Positions 37,862 through 48,966 of a stretch of 64,000 nucleotides of DNA are shown here, in pieces. The notes under the pieces are model-generated. The model saw nothing but the letters and a program-made list of their open reading frames with translations, did no database searches and had not been told where the DNA came from. The stretch spans positions 9,424,001 through 9,488,000 of the forward strand of contig OZ296650.1 of assembly GCA_965655095.1 (NCBI GenBank), in the 5' to 3' direction. Both the position numbers and the translations under genes were made by a program. How positions within the stretch are numbered: the first letter of the stretch is position 1; each line of letters begins with the position of its first letter. Source of the DNA: Haplodiscus bocki (Eukaryota).

Positions 37862-38368
37862 ATGAATGAAAACGAATTATATATTGTGAAAGAATATAAA
37901 TTTGATAGCCGACTCATCACTGAAATAGAATCTATAAAAGATAAACGTTTTAGAGATTGTCATAATAGTTATTTTCATAACTTTAAATATGAATTTAGCT
38001 ATGATATTAAACTCACAAATATCACTATTAATGAAACAATTAATATGACAATTTCTGATAAAAGCATGAATTTGAATGAAATAAATAAAAAATTAACAGT
38101 TGCTAGACAAATTGGTTTTATGTTCAATCAAATAAACAAAGTAACAATAAATTATTTTTCACATTTACGATATATAAACGTAAATTACTATCTTAAATTT
38201 CCAATTCCGATGTGTCATAGACAATTTTTTGGAATAATCTCACAAAATCGAGAGTATGTAGACAGTTTTTGCAATGATAGAAATAATACTTTTCATTTTG
38301 CATGTCGGAAATGGATTAAAAATTGTACGTATTTTTTTAAATTCTTTTTTATTTCTAATTCAACATAA
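37862..38368 (+). CDS. Hypothetical protein, 168 aa (paralogous to fragments at 22440-22600 and 23245-23350)
   Basis: Intact ORF with TAAATG start; C-terminal YYLKFPIPMCHRQFF..FCNDRNNTFHFACRKW. Confidence 0.7.
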   Translation: MNENELYIVKEYKFDSRLITEIESIKDKRFRDCHNSYFHNFKYEFSYDIKLTNITINETINMTISDKSMNLNEINKKLTVARQIGFMFNQINKVTINYFSHLRYINVNYYLKFPIPMCHRQFFGIISQNREYVDSFCNDRNNTFHFACRKWIKNCTYFFKFFFISNST

Positions 38369-38380
38369 ATTTATATTTTT

Positions 38381-38673
38381 ATAACCACCTGCTCGTTGAG
38401 CTGGTTTTGTGTGTGGATGAACTTTTTCCTGTGTATCCCCATTGATATGTATATGAAAAATTTTTTTTTACAAAATTAAATCTTCTTTCCTGTGTACCCC
38501 TCATTTGAAATGTATGTGGATGAAAAAATTAATAACCACCTGCTTTTTTTCATGTAGATGAATTTTGTGTCTGCGTCTGATTTAACTTTTTCTGAGGAAT
38601 CACTTTTCTGTGAAATACAATTTGGACGCTGCGTCCCCGACTTTTGGCGTCATCTTCTGTTTTCCCCACTACT
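38381..38673 (-). repeat. Right terminal inverted repeat of the Polinton
   Basis: Reverse complement of 20402-20693; ends ACTACT, the canonical Polinton (AGT)n terminus. Confidence 0.93.
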
Positions 38674-39026
38674 CACAAAAGTTCAAAACCTAAAGAAAAA
38701 ATTCTCACCACAAATCCCAGAAACCAAAAACAACAGTAGATGCAATTTGTTAGAAGAAGTTTTTGAACCTTTTGAAAACGATTACAAAAAGCATCCTTAG
38801 TTGTCTTTTCAGTTTATTCTACAATTATTTTGAATTTAGGTTCGGCATTTTTAAGAAATTGCAACGAAAAGCGCGGGAACATAGAACAGAACGGGAAATC
38901 CGATATCACTCCTAGAATTCCTCCTGCGACGGCATATTAAGCAGCATTAAAAACACCAATGTAACCAAAGAACCTCAAAGAAACACCCTAGCTTTACTTC
39001 AAGATTGAAAGTAAGGTGAACTCATG

Positions 39027-39044
39027 AATACATACATACATACA

Positions 39045-39080
<36 letters not shown>

Positions 39081-39150
39081 TATATATAAATTCTGATTAT
39101 ATGTGAATTTATATATGTGATTATATGTGATCATATAATTATATGTGAAA
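39027..39150 (+). repeat. (ATAC)n/(AT)n microsatellite followed by ATATGTGA repeats
   Basis: Directly visible. Confidence 0.95.
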
Positions 39151-39546
39151 TTCTGATTGATTGACGCTAATTTAACCAGCTATTAACGACAAAGCCCCTG
39201 CCTTTAATTCATCATGTCATAAAAAGTGCTGGTGACGTGATTTTGACGTAGCTGCCGGTAACCAAGCAGTAACTCTGTGCCACATTTTTACCCAGGACTT
39301 ATGTCAAAAGTACGTCAATTGCCAGAAAAACGACGTGAAGAAAAGGTAGCGTTAAAGACAACGCCAGTACAATTAAAGTAACCCACAGCGTTTATATATT
39401 ACTATCAATATCAAATTCTCACGAAATTACACATAAACTATTCCATTAACCTATGTAATATTATTTCACTATTTGTTCTTTAATTTTATGAATTGATGTA
39501 AACTATTTGACGACTAACGTCAAGAGTACGTTAAGCTATTTATTTC

Positions 39547-40772
39547 TGACATAATTTAAAACCACGTCTACTTAAGCTCAATTAGTGTTATCTCATAAGT
39601 ATGTCATATATTTCAATATATGACATGATTCCATCTACTCATTTTATCGACACGTGCAAAAAAACATGAAATTCAGTTGTCCATATATATTATCAATATT
39701 GCAGTTAGCAGTATTCATATTTTAGACCGTCATGCGAAAGCGGTATTATATCCTTTGATGATTCATATTTAGAACAATAGCACAATTTTTGGAAAAACCT
39801 AAAAGTGATGTCATGAATAACCGATAATTTCCTCTTTGATGTTTCAGTTTTGGTCGCAATCCTACAATCCGCGACATCAAGAGGACAATTCTATTTTATT
39901 TCGCTGACGACAAGAACAATGACAGCCATTTTTTCTTCGACTCGGTTGAGACGGAGGAAGGGAAACAAAGGCACAACAACAAAAACGTTCATGTCGACCA
40001 GTTGACAAGAACACAAAAACTTCCTTACCAATCAATTAACAACGTCACCAGAATTTTGAAACAATATTCTAGAGCCTATCCGAGTCAATTTCTCAGTCAT
40101 CCAGTTGCTAAAACACAATTTACACAATAAAATGATTAGCTTTACTTATAAACGTTCAACTAATATCTCAGTAATTGTTTGTTGCACGTTGACATTTGTA
40201 ACTTTGTTTAGTTCAACACTTTGTGATAATGGTTTCCACACGTAAGAACAAGAATCAACAGAAAAGGCAGGTTAGTCAGTTGAATGAGACTTTTAATGAT
40301 TTCAATTTTGGCAACGGCACTAATGTGGATGTTATAGAAAATGAGATTTGAGAACGACAGAACAATAGTCCACATAACAATTTTTGAGATTTGATAACAG
40401 TTCAACTCAAAACCAAGTTGTATAAATCAATATTGACGACAAAATTAGAAAAGCAGTCGACAACGCCGTTTTGATTGTCTAAATTCGCATGCATGACAGC
40501 GATGCATAAATTAGTAATACCAAGAGTTGAGACGGCCGTAAGATCAATCACCGGTTTGAGACGACATGGGTCCTTTAGCGATGTCCAAAACCCTGATCGA
40601 GGGGATTTCTTAGGGAACGCTGGTAATACTCCGCTCATGCCGGCCTCTAGACAATTAGACTTAAACGCAAATCAAAATAAGAATGATGAGACTCGTAATG
40701 AAGAAGATTGCGAGGATGGCGACTTTCCGGCATTGAGACTTAGTTATGACCGGAGAGCCCTCACTCATAACA
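39547..40772 (+). mobile_element. Solo LTR (1226 bp) of a second family with internal ORF (40475-40772)
   Basis: TG(39547)...CA(40772) with a 5-bp TSD ATTTC (39542-39546, 40773-40777); the 3' end CTCATAACA resembles CTCATCACA of the first LTR. Confidence 0.75.
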
Positions 40773-42278
40773 ATTTCAGAGTGTTATCTTTAGTTAGTCA
40801 TGCATGAATGTCATATCAACGTCAGAAAAGAGTTGTGTCTCGTATAATAGAGCCGCTTTTAATGAAAAGTGACTAGCCTTGGGAAATCGCGGGCCCAAGT
40901 AAGGTCCATAAGAGTGGGTTCGCATTCCCCATAACTGATAACCTCTTCATCGATATCCGATGCTGACTCCGGAGTTGGTAACAAAGGTACTGGAGATGAC
41001 ACTCTAGACAAAGTTTGTACACTGGACGGGGTAGATACTCCAGAAGCCATGAAATCGGTCGGAAACAGAGAATTGCGTCGAATCTCTTTTCTTGACACCA
41101 ATTTCTTGTCTGAATAATGACCTGCAAACAAAAAGCGTTGATTTTGGTTCTTCACTCAAAACTACGAAGTAGGAGTACATAAAAAAAACTGATGCGAGCT
41201 CCGTAATTTTTCCTCTTAAACCACTTGTTTTCCCTCAAAATTGAGCTAGAAATTTGGGGTGTGCTTCCATGTAAGAATCCCAGACCCCCCACGTTAATTA
41301 TATTTTCTTCTTCAAAGTCAGTATCTCATATAAAGATTTGGATTTTTTTCCAATTTCAAAGAAAAATAACTAGATAACTTAAGCATACTCTTATGCAACG
41401 GTGCCATGATGGTCTGAAGGTAACAGTTGAATTGTTTCACTTTTTTCATAATAACTTATTCATGCTGAAAAAATATTTTTCTCTGACATGCAAAACTTCA
41501 CTGCAGCTTCAAATTCGGACAGTTTGCAAAGTTTTCAATGCAGCTCATAAAACAAGAAACACTTCATTCAGGGCGATTTCCTATTCTCTTGTACATTTCG
41601 TGCTTTTCGTTAACAAACTTTTGTAACTACTTGACAATGAGAAGATTGATATGGCTTGTTTCAAAGTAGACAGACCAATTCTTAATTTGAAAACTCGACT
41701 ACCAACAAAAAAATCCTCAAATTTGGGTCTAAAGCTTTTTCTGGTGTTTGGCTGTCCAGTTGAGTATTATATGACAATACGCCATATGACAAAAATAAAT
41801 TCTACATTTTTTTTGGCTTTCCCAACATTTCTTGGAATTTTTCTGGAAAATTAGCTTGCGATTTCCTTTACGCCTTAGATTTTCACAAATTCTATACATT
41901 TTTTTTCGGATAATTTGTCAAGAACTTGTGTGTTTGTTTTGTAAATTTAGCTTCATGTAAACTTCAGAAGTTACATGCGTTTCGCTCTAGGGTAAAAAAG
42001 ACTTCAGCTGGAAATATCCTCATTTCCAATTTTTTTCCGATGTTCATTCAAACGTTTTACAACATCATGGGAGAAATTGATAATTTTATGCTGTGTATAT
42101 CATATCCCCAGTAGAAATTATTTAATTTTATATTTTTTATAATAATGTTCCCTCGGAATTTATTACGAAAGGAAAATCTTCAATTCAGCATGTAGATTTT
42201 TTTCTCAACTGATTTGCTGATTCGGTGTCACTTTTCTCAATCAAATAACTTCTCGCTCAAGTCTCTCAACGTTCAACT

Positions 42279-42352
42279 GGTCTTCATTAGCGTAGTGGTT
42301 TATCGGAATCGTCGAGTTTCAGATGAACGGGTTTGAGCCCCACTGCCACCAG
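42279..42352 (+). ncRNA. tRNA-derived SINE-like Pol III head
   Basis: A box TAGCGTAGTGG (42288-42298) and B box GGTTTGAGCCC (42330-42340) at tRNA-like spacing; no convincing cloverleaf. Confidence 0.45.
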
Positions 42353-45300
42353 GCTTCTTCGAACGTTATTCGCGTTTTTATCAACTTCTATATCAATTAT
42401 ACAACGAATTACTCCTGGTAAAAGGTTTTGAAATTATTTTTTTTGGTGTTTAAGATCCGCGAGAAAACAATACACAGATATTTAAAGGAGTTTTTTGAGA
42501 GAGTTTTTAGAATTATCGTGCGAAAAACAACAAAATTCTAAGTGAAAATGCCGATTTTATTATTTTCAGAGCTCTTGAGCTTTTCATTGACTAAAATAGA
42601 TGAGCATAGTGGACCAGTTTACCTATTTTGGTTGCTATAATTCGACGTGCAGAACTGTCAACATAGGAAACAAGAGTCAAAACTTTTATAAGGCATTATT
42701 TATTCGAAAACTAAAGTTTTGCGCTTAGCAGCATCTTGCTTGATTATATTTGTGAAGACCATTTTTGTAAAAGAAACCCTCCGTATGCAATATGTTGAAC
42801 AACAACTGATCCGGTGCTGTATCACAGAGACTCTTGTTCTCCACGAGTCACTCGCAGTTTTGATCTCCCAGATTCCGTGATCCGCTCTGGGAGAAAACGG
42901 GAAGTAGTTCTGGGATTGGCGGCATCTCACAATACCTAGGCTTAACCTACTCTTGCTGAAAAACTAACGTTGTAACGTAAAATGACTATCTGCACAAACC
43001 TGGTGGTTGGTAAAATTTTACTCGGAGGCTGAAAATGATTTTTCCCGGGAAAGTTTTTCGAAACAAGCCCCTATTACAAAGAAAAGGATTAGAAGTTTGA
43101 GTTTTTTTGGTTTTTCTATACAAAGATCTTCCTGTTTTCTATCTGTGTCTATCTCTGTTTATTCAAAAAGAGCTCGGCCTGCGGGAATGCTGTTTCTCGC
43201 TTTTATGATTCTCAGTTGATCTTTTGAAAATCCAGCATGTCAAAAATCTACCAAATGGGCAACCTCGATTTTCTGATCCGTAATCATGAAGTCCAAAATT
43301 CAAATTGGCTGATCCTGAAGGTTTCAATTACTATGAAACATTTCAAATGCCTTGATAATGCCAGATTAAAAATACAGGTGATCAGACAATTTTGTTTTGG
43401 TGTCCTTTGCATGAAATTTTTATCCGGAAACAAGCGAGCTGTTCAAATTCAAGCATTCCTTAGTCTCAAAAAGAAGAAGTTTCATGCTTGCGTGAAAGCA
43501 GATGTTTTATAAATGAAAGAAATAGCATTTAAATCATATGACATTAAATTTTTTGAAAAATTCATTGTAGCTTTCAATTACTGCAGAACATGTATGTAGA
43601 CATGTTACAGAATTTTCAAACTTCAAATGGAAAAATATCACCATTTCAACTTTTCTCTAAATTCTTTGTGTTTGCAGCTGGCTTTAAAATAATTTAGTAA
43701 AAAGGGTTTATTCTAACTAGACAATTGAGCAGTCTGTCTGACTATTAATAATGTAGGCATTAATTTTGATCAAAAAATATATCAACCATTGTAGAAGTTT
43801 TTTGTTCTCTGAGCTTACCTCCATAGCGGCTTAACAATTTGGTTGTAAATTTTTAACAAGTGCTCAACGGGCTAGCCCCGAATTAATTACACCACTCCAA
43901 AACTAGAGAGTAGGTGATATTGTACTTTCAAGATTTTTCCCATTAAAATAGATAACCTTATTGAAGACGAATAAAAGCCCGACAGAATAGAATTAAGTAG
44001 TATTTGAATTTTGAGTGAATTTTTTTAGTTCAGTTCCTCTACATGTGATGCTATTTTTCCGCTCGAAGATCCTATTTGTCTATATTATACACAGTGCTTG
44101 GATTTCTCTATATTTTCATGGTACATCCCATTTCTTGGAATTTTCTTATCTAGATATCTCGCCAACAAATACGAATTTATGCGAAATATTCCAACGCCTT
44201 GGCCAGGAGAGTAAGAGTCCCAGCACCGGTACTGGCTTTCAAAACATTGATTGATTGCGCCTAATTTCTAGTACTTTGATTGTTATTGATTCCGCCATTT
44301 CAATGAAAAGTGGCATTAGAAAAAGGGTACGAATTTTTTTGAGGCAACTTTTCTTATTGTTTCCCGGTTTTCCCTCCCAGAGACGAAACTTACTTTATAG
44401 TAAGACAGAGATAGGCGCAGAGGTAACAGAGATACCTGACTAAGTTCCATCTTAGGTCCGTAATAAGTCATCTCTGGGCACAGTCAGAGATTATCTAAGG
44501 CCTTTTACTAACACATGGCATTCCTGTGTGAGCGTCTGATAATTTGTGCAGTTCAATAAATTATAAAATTGAAGAACGTGTAAAACTAGAATGGACAAAA
44601 ACTGTTTTCCTTGCGCAAATATGGAAGGAAAAGCATTTCAAGCACTTTTTCTGATTTTGTTTGAAAATAGTAACAAGAGATAGCAAATTCTGCTTCCGCG
44701 CAATTCTTCTCGTCCTTTTGGATAAGATTTTATTTCAGTAGTTTGAATTCTTTCAAGAATTATTCACCATTGTTTAACACAACTGGTATTAATATTTTCT
44801 AAGTTGAGTGTAATTACCCTTAACGAAGAGAACAAAAACACCAACCGTGTTAAAAATTGGTGAATAGTTGAACTGGAAAGAAAATGTGAAAATAAAATTT
44901 GGAAACTACATCGCTGGGTCCAGAGATAATTTACTAAGTTCTCAGCAAGATCTTCCAGTCGGTTTTATCTCTGAGAGAGTTGGGCACAGAGCTGGACCTT
45001 AGTGGGTTATCTTAGGGGAGGTGAAGCCGGTTTGTTACTTTACTCCTTTTCGAATTGTCATTGAAAAACATAATTTGGCTGTGAAAAAAAAATCAAAATC
45101 GCATGAAATGAATAAAAAGTCTCTCTGAAAGTGCTACAAAATGTTTTAAAAAATACCCTGCCATTTCAGCATATACCCCGAATCCAAGTAATTTCCTTTG
45201 AGGAGAATCTTGAATAAATTTCTAACAAGATATTCTATCTTGAAGAAATCTCAACAAAAATCGTTTGATGTCAAAAGGAACTGATGTCGAGCCTACCACT

Positions 45301-45583
45301 GTTTCAAAAACTTGATTTCAGTAATTGTTTCTTAAGTTTTTGATTCGTTTTCCGCGAAATTTTCGCTCAAATATTTTCTATTATCCACCGGATGTTCCAA
45401 TTCCCTTTCCAACGTATAAAATTTGACGCATTGCAATTTCTCTGATTAAGCTTCTCTTGTATCGTGCTCTTTGAAGCATAAATGCATTCTGTACCGTTTC
45501 TATCAACTCTACTAGGGGCATTTGGCGCTGAAACATGGTTTCTGCTGCTTGGATTACCTTGGTTATTAATCTTTCAGAAAAAA

Positions 45584-45905
45584 CTTGCAAGAACTTTGGA
45601 AGTTTCTTGCAAGATTTTACAAGATAGTGCAATTTTTTTGCAGAAAATTTCAATAATCTTGCAAGATGTGCAAGAAATGTAAGATTCTTGGAAAAATTTT
45701 GCAAGAGACTTTTGATTTCTGTTTTCTTGCAAGAAGTGTCTGTTACATAGATCAGATGTTTCCTTTCAAGATTCTCTCAAGAAAATTAGGAGCCTTTTCT
45801 GTATTTGCAAGATGACTCCCTTTTTGTAAGATTCTTGCAAGTATTCCCTGATGCTAGCGTTTTTTTGCTAGATTCTTGCAAGAGATGTCTGTAGGAACAT
45901 CCAGT
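45584..45905. repeat. TTGCAAG/CTTGCAAGA-rich subterminal-type repeat array
   Basis: About a dozen near-palindromic (C)TTGCAAG(A) motifs ending near CCAGTG; probably a MITE end. Confidence 0.5.
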
Positions 45906-46886
45906 GTAGCTCTGTATCATTTTCTCTAAAGGTCCACGCTTCGTTCGTTGAAAGAAACGCATTAATTATCTTTGACAAAATCTGTAATGGTCTGCTTTTT
46001 CTTTTCGCCATCACAAAGCCATTGGACTATTCAGTTGCAAGTTTATGCAGAAAAATCAATAAATGCATATATTATTTCATCATGTGGTTTCCACGTAACT
46101 TGTTTGCTTTTTTTCCAGATACATCAAGGCTTTACCTGATGATAATGAATCGAGCAAGTTGTAATTATCATGTTCCATTATTTCATAAGTTGATACATAA
46201 TATTGGAAGTAGCAGTTCAAAGTGAGTGGTACCCATAAGTATAACAAGGCGGAAACTACAAATTTGTCGCCCCCGTAAAGGTCAAAATATTCTTAAGCGA
46301 ACCATATTATTCAAAAAATTTTGGTTTCATGGATAAATTTAGTATACGCAAGGAATTATTGACGAAAACAGGAGTGCTAGGTATAACAAAAAATTCGGTA
46401 CTTGACTACTGAAAAGAGGTTGGACTATTCACAGAGTGTTATCACGACAGAGTTAAGATTTTTTGTTTCTCAGAAAAAAACGCGCGAATATTGCAAATAA
46501 GGGTGTCAGGAAAAAAACTTGGGGCTGACTCTGAAGAAAAAATATCTCTTGAATTCTCGAAGGTCTCTGGATATTTCTACTGAATTTAATTTTCTGCACT
46601 GTTTGAAGTTGCGAGTATGCGGTATGCGGTAAGAGTTAGAAAAACCTGGTATGTCGTCTTTAGAATCCACGTTAGGTATCATTTGGGTTTTTACCCAAAA
46701 AGTGAAAGCACTGAGTAAATAAAGACAGTTAAGACGGCAAAATTGTCCTTTTACTTCCTGGCTATTTTCTCCTGTTTATGCAACTAAAAACTATTTCTCA
46801 AAATGCTCCATTTTTCGTCATTTTTATCAACAACACCATAGTTTAGAATGTGGTATTTCGAAGTGCTTGTCATGTTTACTCCGTAA

Positions 46887-48236
46887 TTAGGAGCCGAGAG
46901 ATCGCAAGCAAATTTGCTGGCAATTTGATATGTTTTGTTCTAGAACAATAGCTAAATGAAAGCTCTCAGAAAGATTGGACCAACCTGGATTGAAAGGCTC
47001 CACGTGATTGATATCATTGTCCATTTTGATCACACCAGGTGCTCCTGACTCGATTCGCTGTTTCCTCATTCTCTGTCTCCGATACTTTTCCGGGAAATAA
47101 TCCGTCACTTTATCATCAAAGTTCTCAATGTCTTTAGATCTGTTAATTTTTATTTTCATCTGTTGCCCAATCTCACCTGAGGCCAACTTTGCCTTGATTT
47201 CTGATTTTCCCATTCCGGGGTACATTCTTTGAATTAAGGGGATGGCGTATAAAGTCATTGCCGTTTCATCAATATCGGGATGTTTTCTATGAAAAATTAT
47301 TAAATTGTTGAATCTTTTCATATTTTTTGTGCACTCCATGCAAATCGAGGGTCCCAGAACATCGCAACATTGTCTAGATAAATCGTTGACAACAGCCCCT
47401 AGATCTTCATTCAACACACTCTCCATTCTTTTACAAGGTTTCACGCCTTCCGTTGCGCCTTTCTTAACAATTCCAAATGTAGGGTCCTGTTTTGAATAAC
47501 TGTTAGACGCCATACTTCGCGAACACACCATAAAAGGAATTTGCCTATTAGATCTCGAACTCATTGGCGCGTCAATGTCTAGCGTGTAGTCGTCATTCAC
47601 GCTGACAAAAGATGCAACCGAAGAAAGCCGAGCTCTCGGTGACCTCACTTGGTGTAAAGCCTGGTTTTCTAATACTCTGCCCCGAACCGTTTCTATAATG
47701 AAAGTTGACCTTTCTCTCATTTGAGATTGCGACGCCGAAGATCGCCGACTCGAAGCTGTTGTCACGCTCTGAGCTTTGTGAACAATCGATGAAGGCTGCT
47801 GCAGACGTTTTACCATTTGTTCTTTAGAAATTTGACTTATAAACTCAGAACGAGTCCGGCTTCGGGTAGATTCCATCTCGCTGTCCAAATGCGTGAACAC
47901 ATCTGAAAAGTAAACGTCGGTTGATTTGTCGACGTCACTAACTCCCGAATCATAATCAGAATCGTCTTCGAATCGGATTTGTCTGTCAGAGAGCAAACCA
48001 CAACTCGATACCCTGGGAGTCTTTTGCAGGTAAAAAGATCGGCTTTCATAATTGCCAATTTTTCGTTGACTTGTTTGAGGCCTTTTAGTTTTCCTGCTGC
48101 CTGGACGTTGCCAGCTCAAGGAAGTATAAGGCCTGGGTGAGTTTCTGGGACCTCCGATTTGGAAAGTTTGGGTGTTTTTGAAATTCGGAGTCTGCCGGGC
48201 AGATAAAAAAGTGTTCGTGGAGTAAAGAGAGCTCAT
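46887..48236 (-). CDS. Probable host protein-coding exon/gene, 449 aa, Ser/Arg-rich with CCxxxxxxxCxxC cluster; function unknown
   Basis: Longest uninterrupted non-Polinton ORF; AAAATG start context; more balanced GC than the flanks; no TE motifs. The true 3' end may be spliced. Confidence 0.7.
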   Translation of the reverse strand: MSSLYSTNTFLSARQTPNFKNTQTFQIGGPRNSPRPYTSLSWQRPGSRKTKRPQTSQRKIGNYESRSFYLQKTPRVSSCGLLSDRQIRFEDDSDYDSGVSDVDKSTDVYFSDVFTHLDSEMESTRSRTRSEFISQISKEQMVKRLQQPSSIVHKAQSVTTASSRRSSASQSQMRERSTFIIETVRGRVLENQALHQVRSPRARLSSVASFVSVNDDYTLDIDAPMSSRSNRQIPFMVCSRSMASNSYSKQDPTFGIVKKGATEGVKPCKRMESVLNEDLGAVVNDLSRQCCDVLGPSICMECTKNMKRFNNLIIFHRKHPDIDETAMTLYAIPLIQRMYPGMGKSEIKAKLASGEIGQQMKIKINRSKDIENFDDKVTDYFPEKYRRQRMRKQRIESGAPGVIKMDNDINHVEPFNPGWSNLSESFHLAIVLEQNISNCQQICLRSLGS

Positions 48237-48864
48237 TTTTGAAGCAAGTTGAGGCTTAGGAGCTGTGAATGTAAGCCATGAATGATTCTAGTCAGAGCTC
48301 AGATTAAAGCAGAGACGTCGCATGCTTTTTGAGCTTTCTTCTGCACATATTTAAAAGAGTTTTTAACGACAACGTGAAAGATTAAACAAACTGCGTCAGA
48401 CTAAATTCAAGAGCTTTCAAAGACTAGAACTCAAAACTCGCTGTCATTTATAATTAGGCTCAAAACGCTTTTCGTACTGAAATTTTGAGTCTGTAACCCT
48501 TGAAATGATTGATTGATTGACAGACGAACAGTTCTCACAAGAAAATCTTCAAGGTCCTACCTGGCGAGCTGTCGGTTCAAGTTATGAAGAAAATAATTGT
48601 AAAATTAGTTTGTTATTACAGCTGTGCCAATAACGCTCTTTTAAATCATTTCCAACAGTTTCTTCCATCAAAAAACTCAATTTCAATTATTTTAGTGAAC
48701 ATAATCCTTGGTTTGAACATACATAGTTCTTCCAAAAATTGTCAGAATTTTGAAAATTTTTAAGAAACTCCCAGGAAGTTTTTGTTCATTTAGATAATTT
48801 TTTTGTTACAAGTATAAAGTTTCAGAGAAAATGTCAGGAAAAGTATAGAAAAAGTGTCGCGTTA

Positions 48865-48966
48865 GCCATAACGCTAAACAGGCCATAACGCTAAACAGGC
48901 CATAACGTTAAACAGGCCATAACTTTAAACAGGCCATAACGCTAAACAGGCCATAACGCTAAACAG
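48865..48966 (+). repeat. 17-bp minisatellite x6 (GCCATAACGCTAAACAG)
   Basis: Six head-to-tail units with 0-2 substitutions and no spacers. Confidence 0.95.

Larger units (their letters stand above)
23182..37864. promoter_or_regulatory. Recurrent TAAATG initiator at Polinton gene starts
   Basis: TAA immediately before ATG at 23184(-), 23787(-), 24732, 25255, 25866, 26308, 27844, 29421, 30061, 30827, 31698, 34082(-) and 37862; decayed TAAGTG at 26700 and TAAACG at 33772(-). Confidence 0.8.
20402..38673. mobile_element. Full-length, decayed Polinton/Maverick (adintovirus-like) endogenous DNA virus, 18,272 bp
   Basis: Termini AGTAATGGGGAAAACAGAAGATGACGCC (20402) and GGCGTCATCTTCTGTTTTCCCCACTACT (38673) are inverted repeats. 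Both are flanked by CACAAA (20396-20401 and 38674-38679), a 6-bp TSD. The interior encodes pPolB, integrase, ATPase, protease, MCP and pentons. Confidence 0.97.

Noticed and set aside
20402-38673. Stop-codon recoding or programmed frameshifting to explain the broken viral genes
   Set aside because: TAA, TAG and TGA all interrupt genes at unrelated residues, alongside many indels and decayed start codons. This fits neutral decay; some homopolymer indels could be assembly errors.
20402-38673. Contaminating free virus or phage contig misassembled into the scaffold
   Set aside because: The perfect 6-bp TSD, TIR divergence and pseudogenisation show genuine integration.
42279-42352. Functional tRNA gene
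   Set aside because: A and B boxes are present but the acceptor and anticodon stems do not pair convincingly; kept only as a SINE-like head.
48865-48966. 17-bp repeats as a CRISPR array
   Set aside because: Head-to-tail units with no unique spacers, no cas genes and a eukaryotic context.
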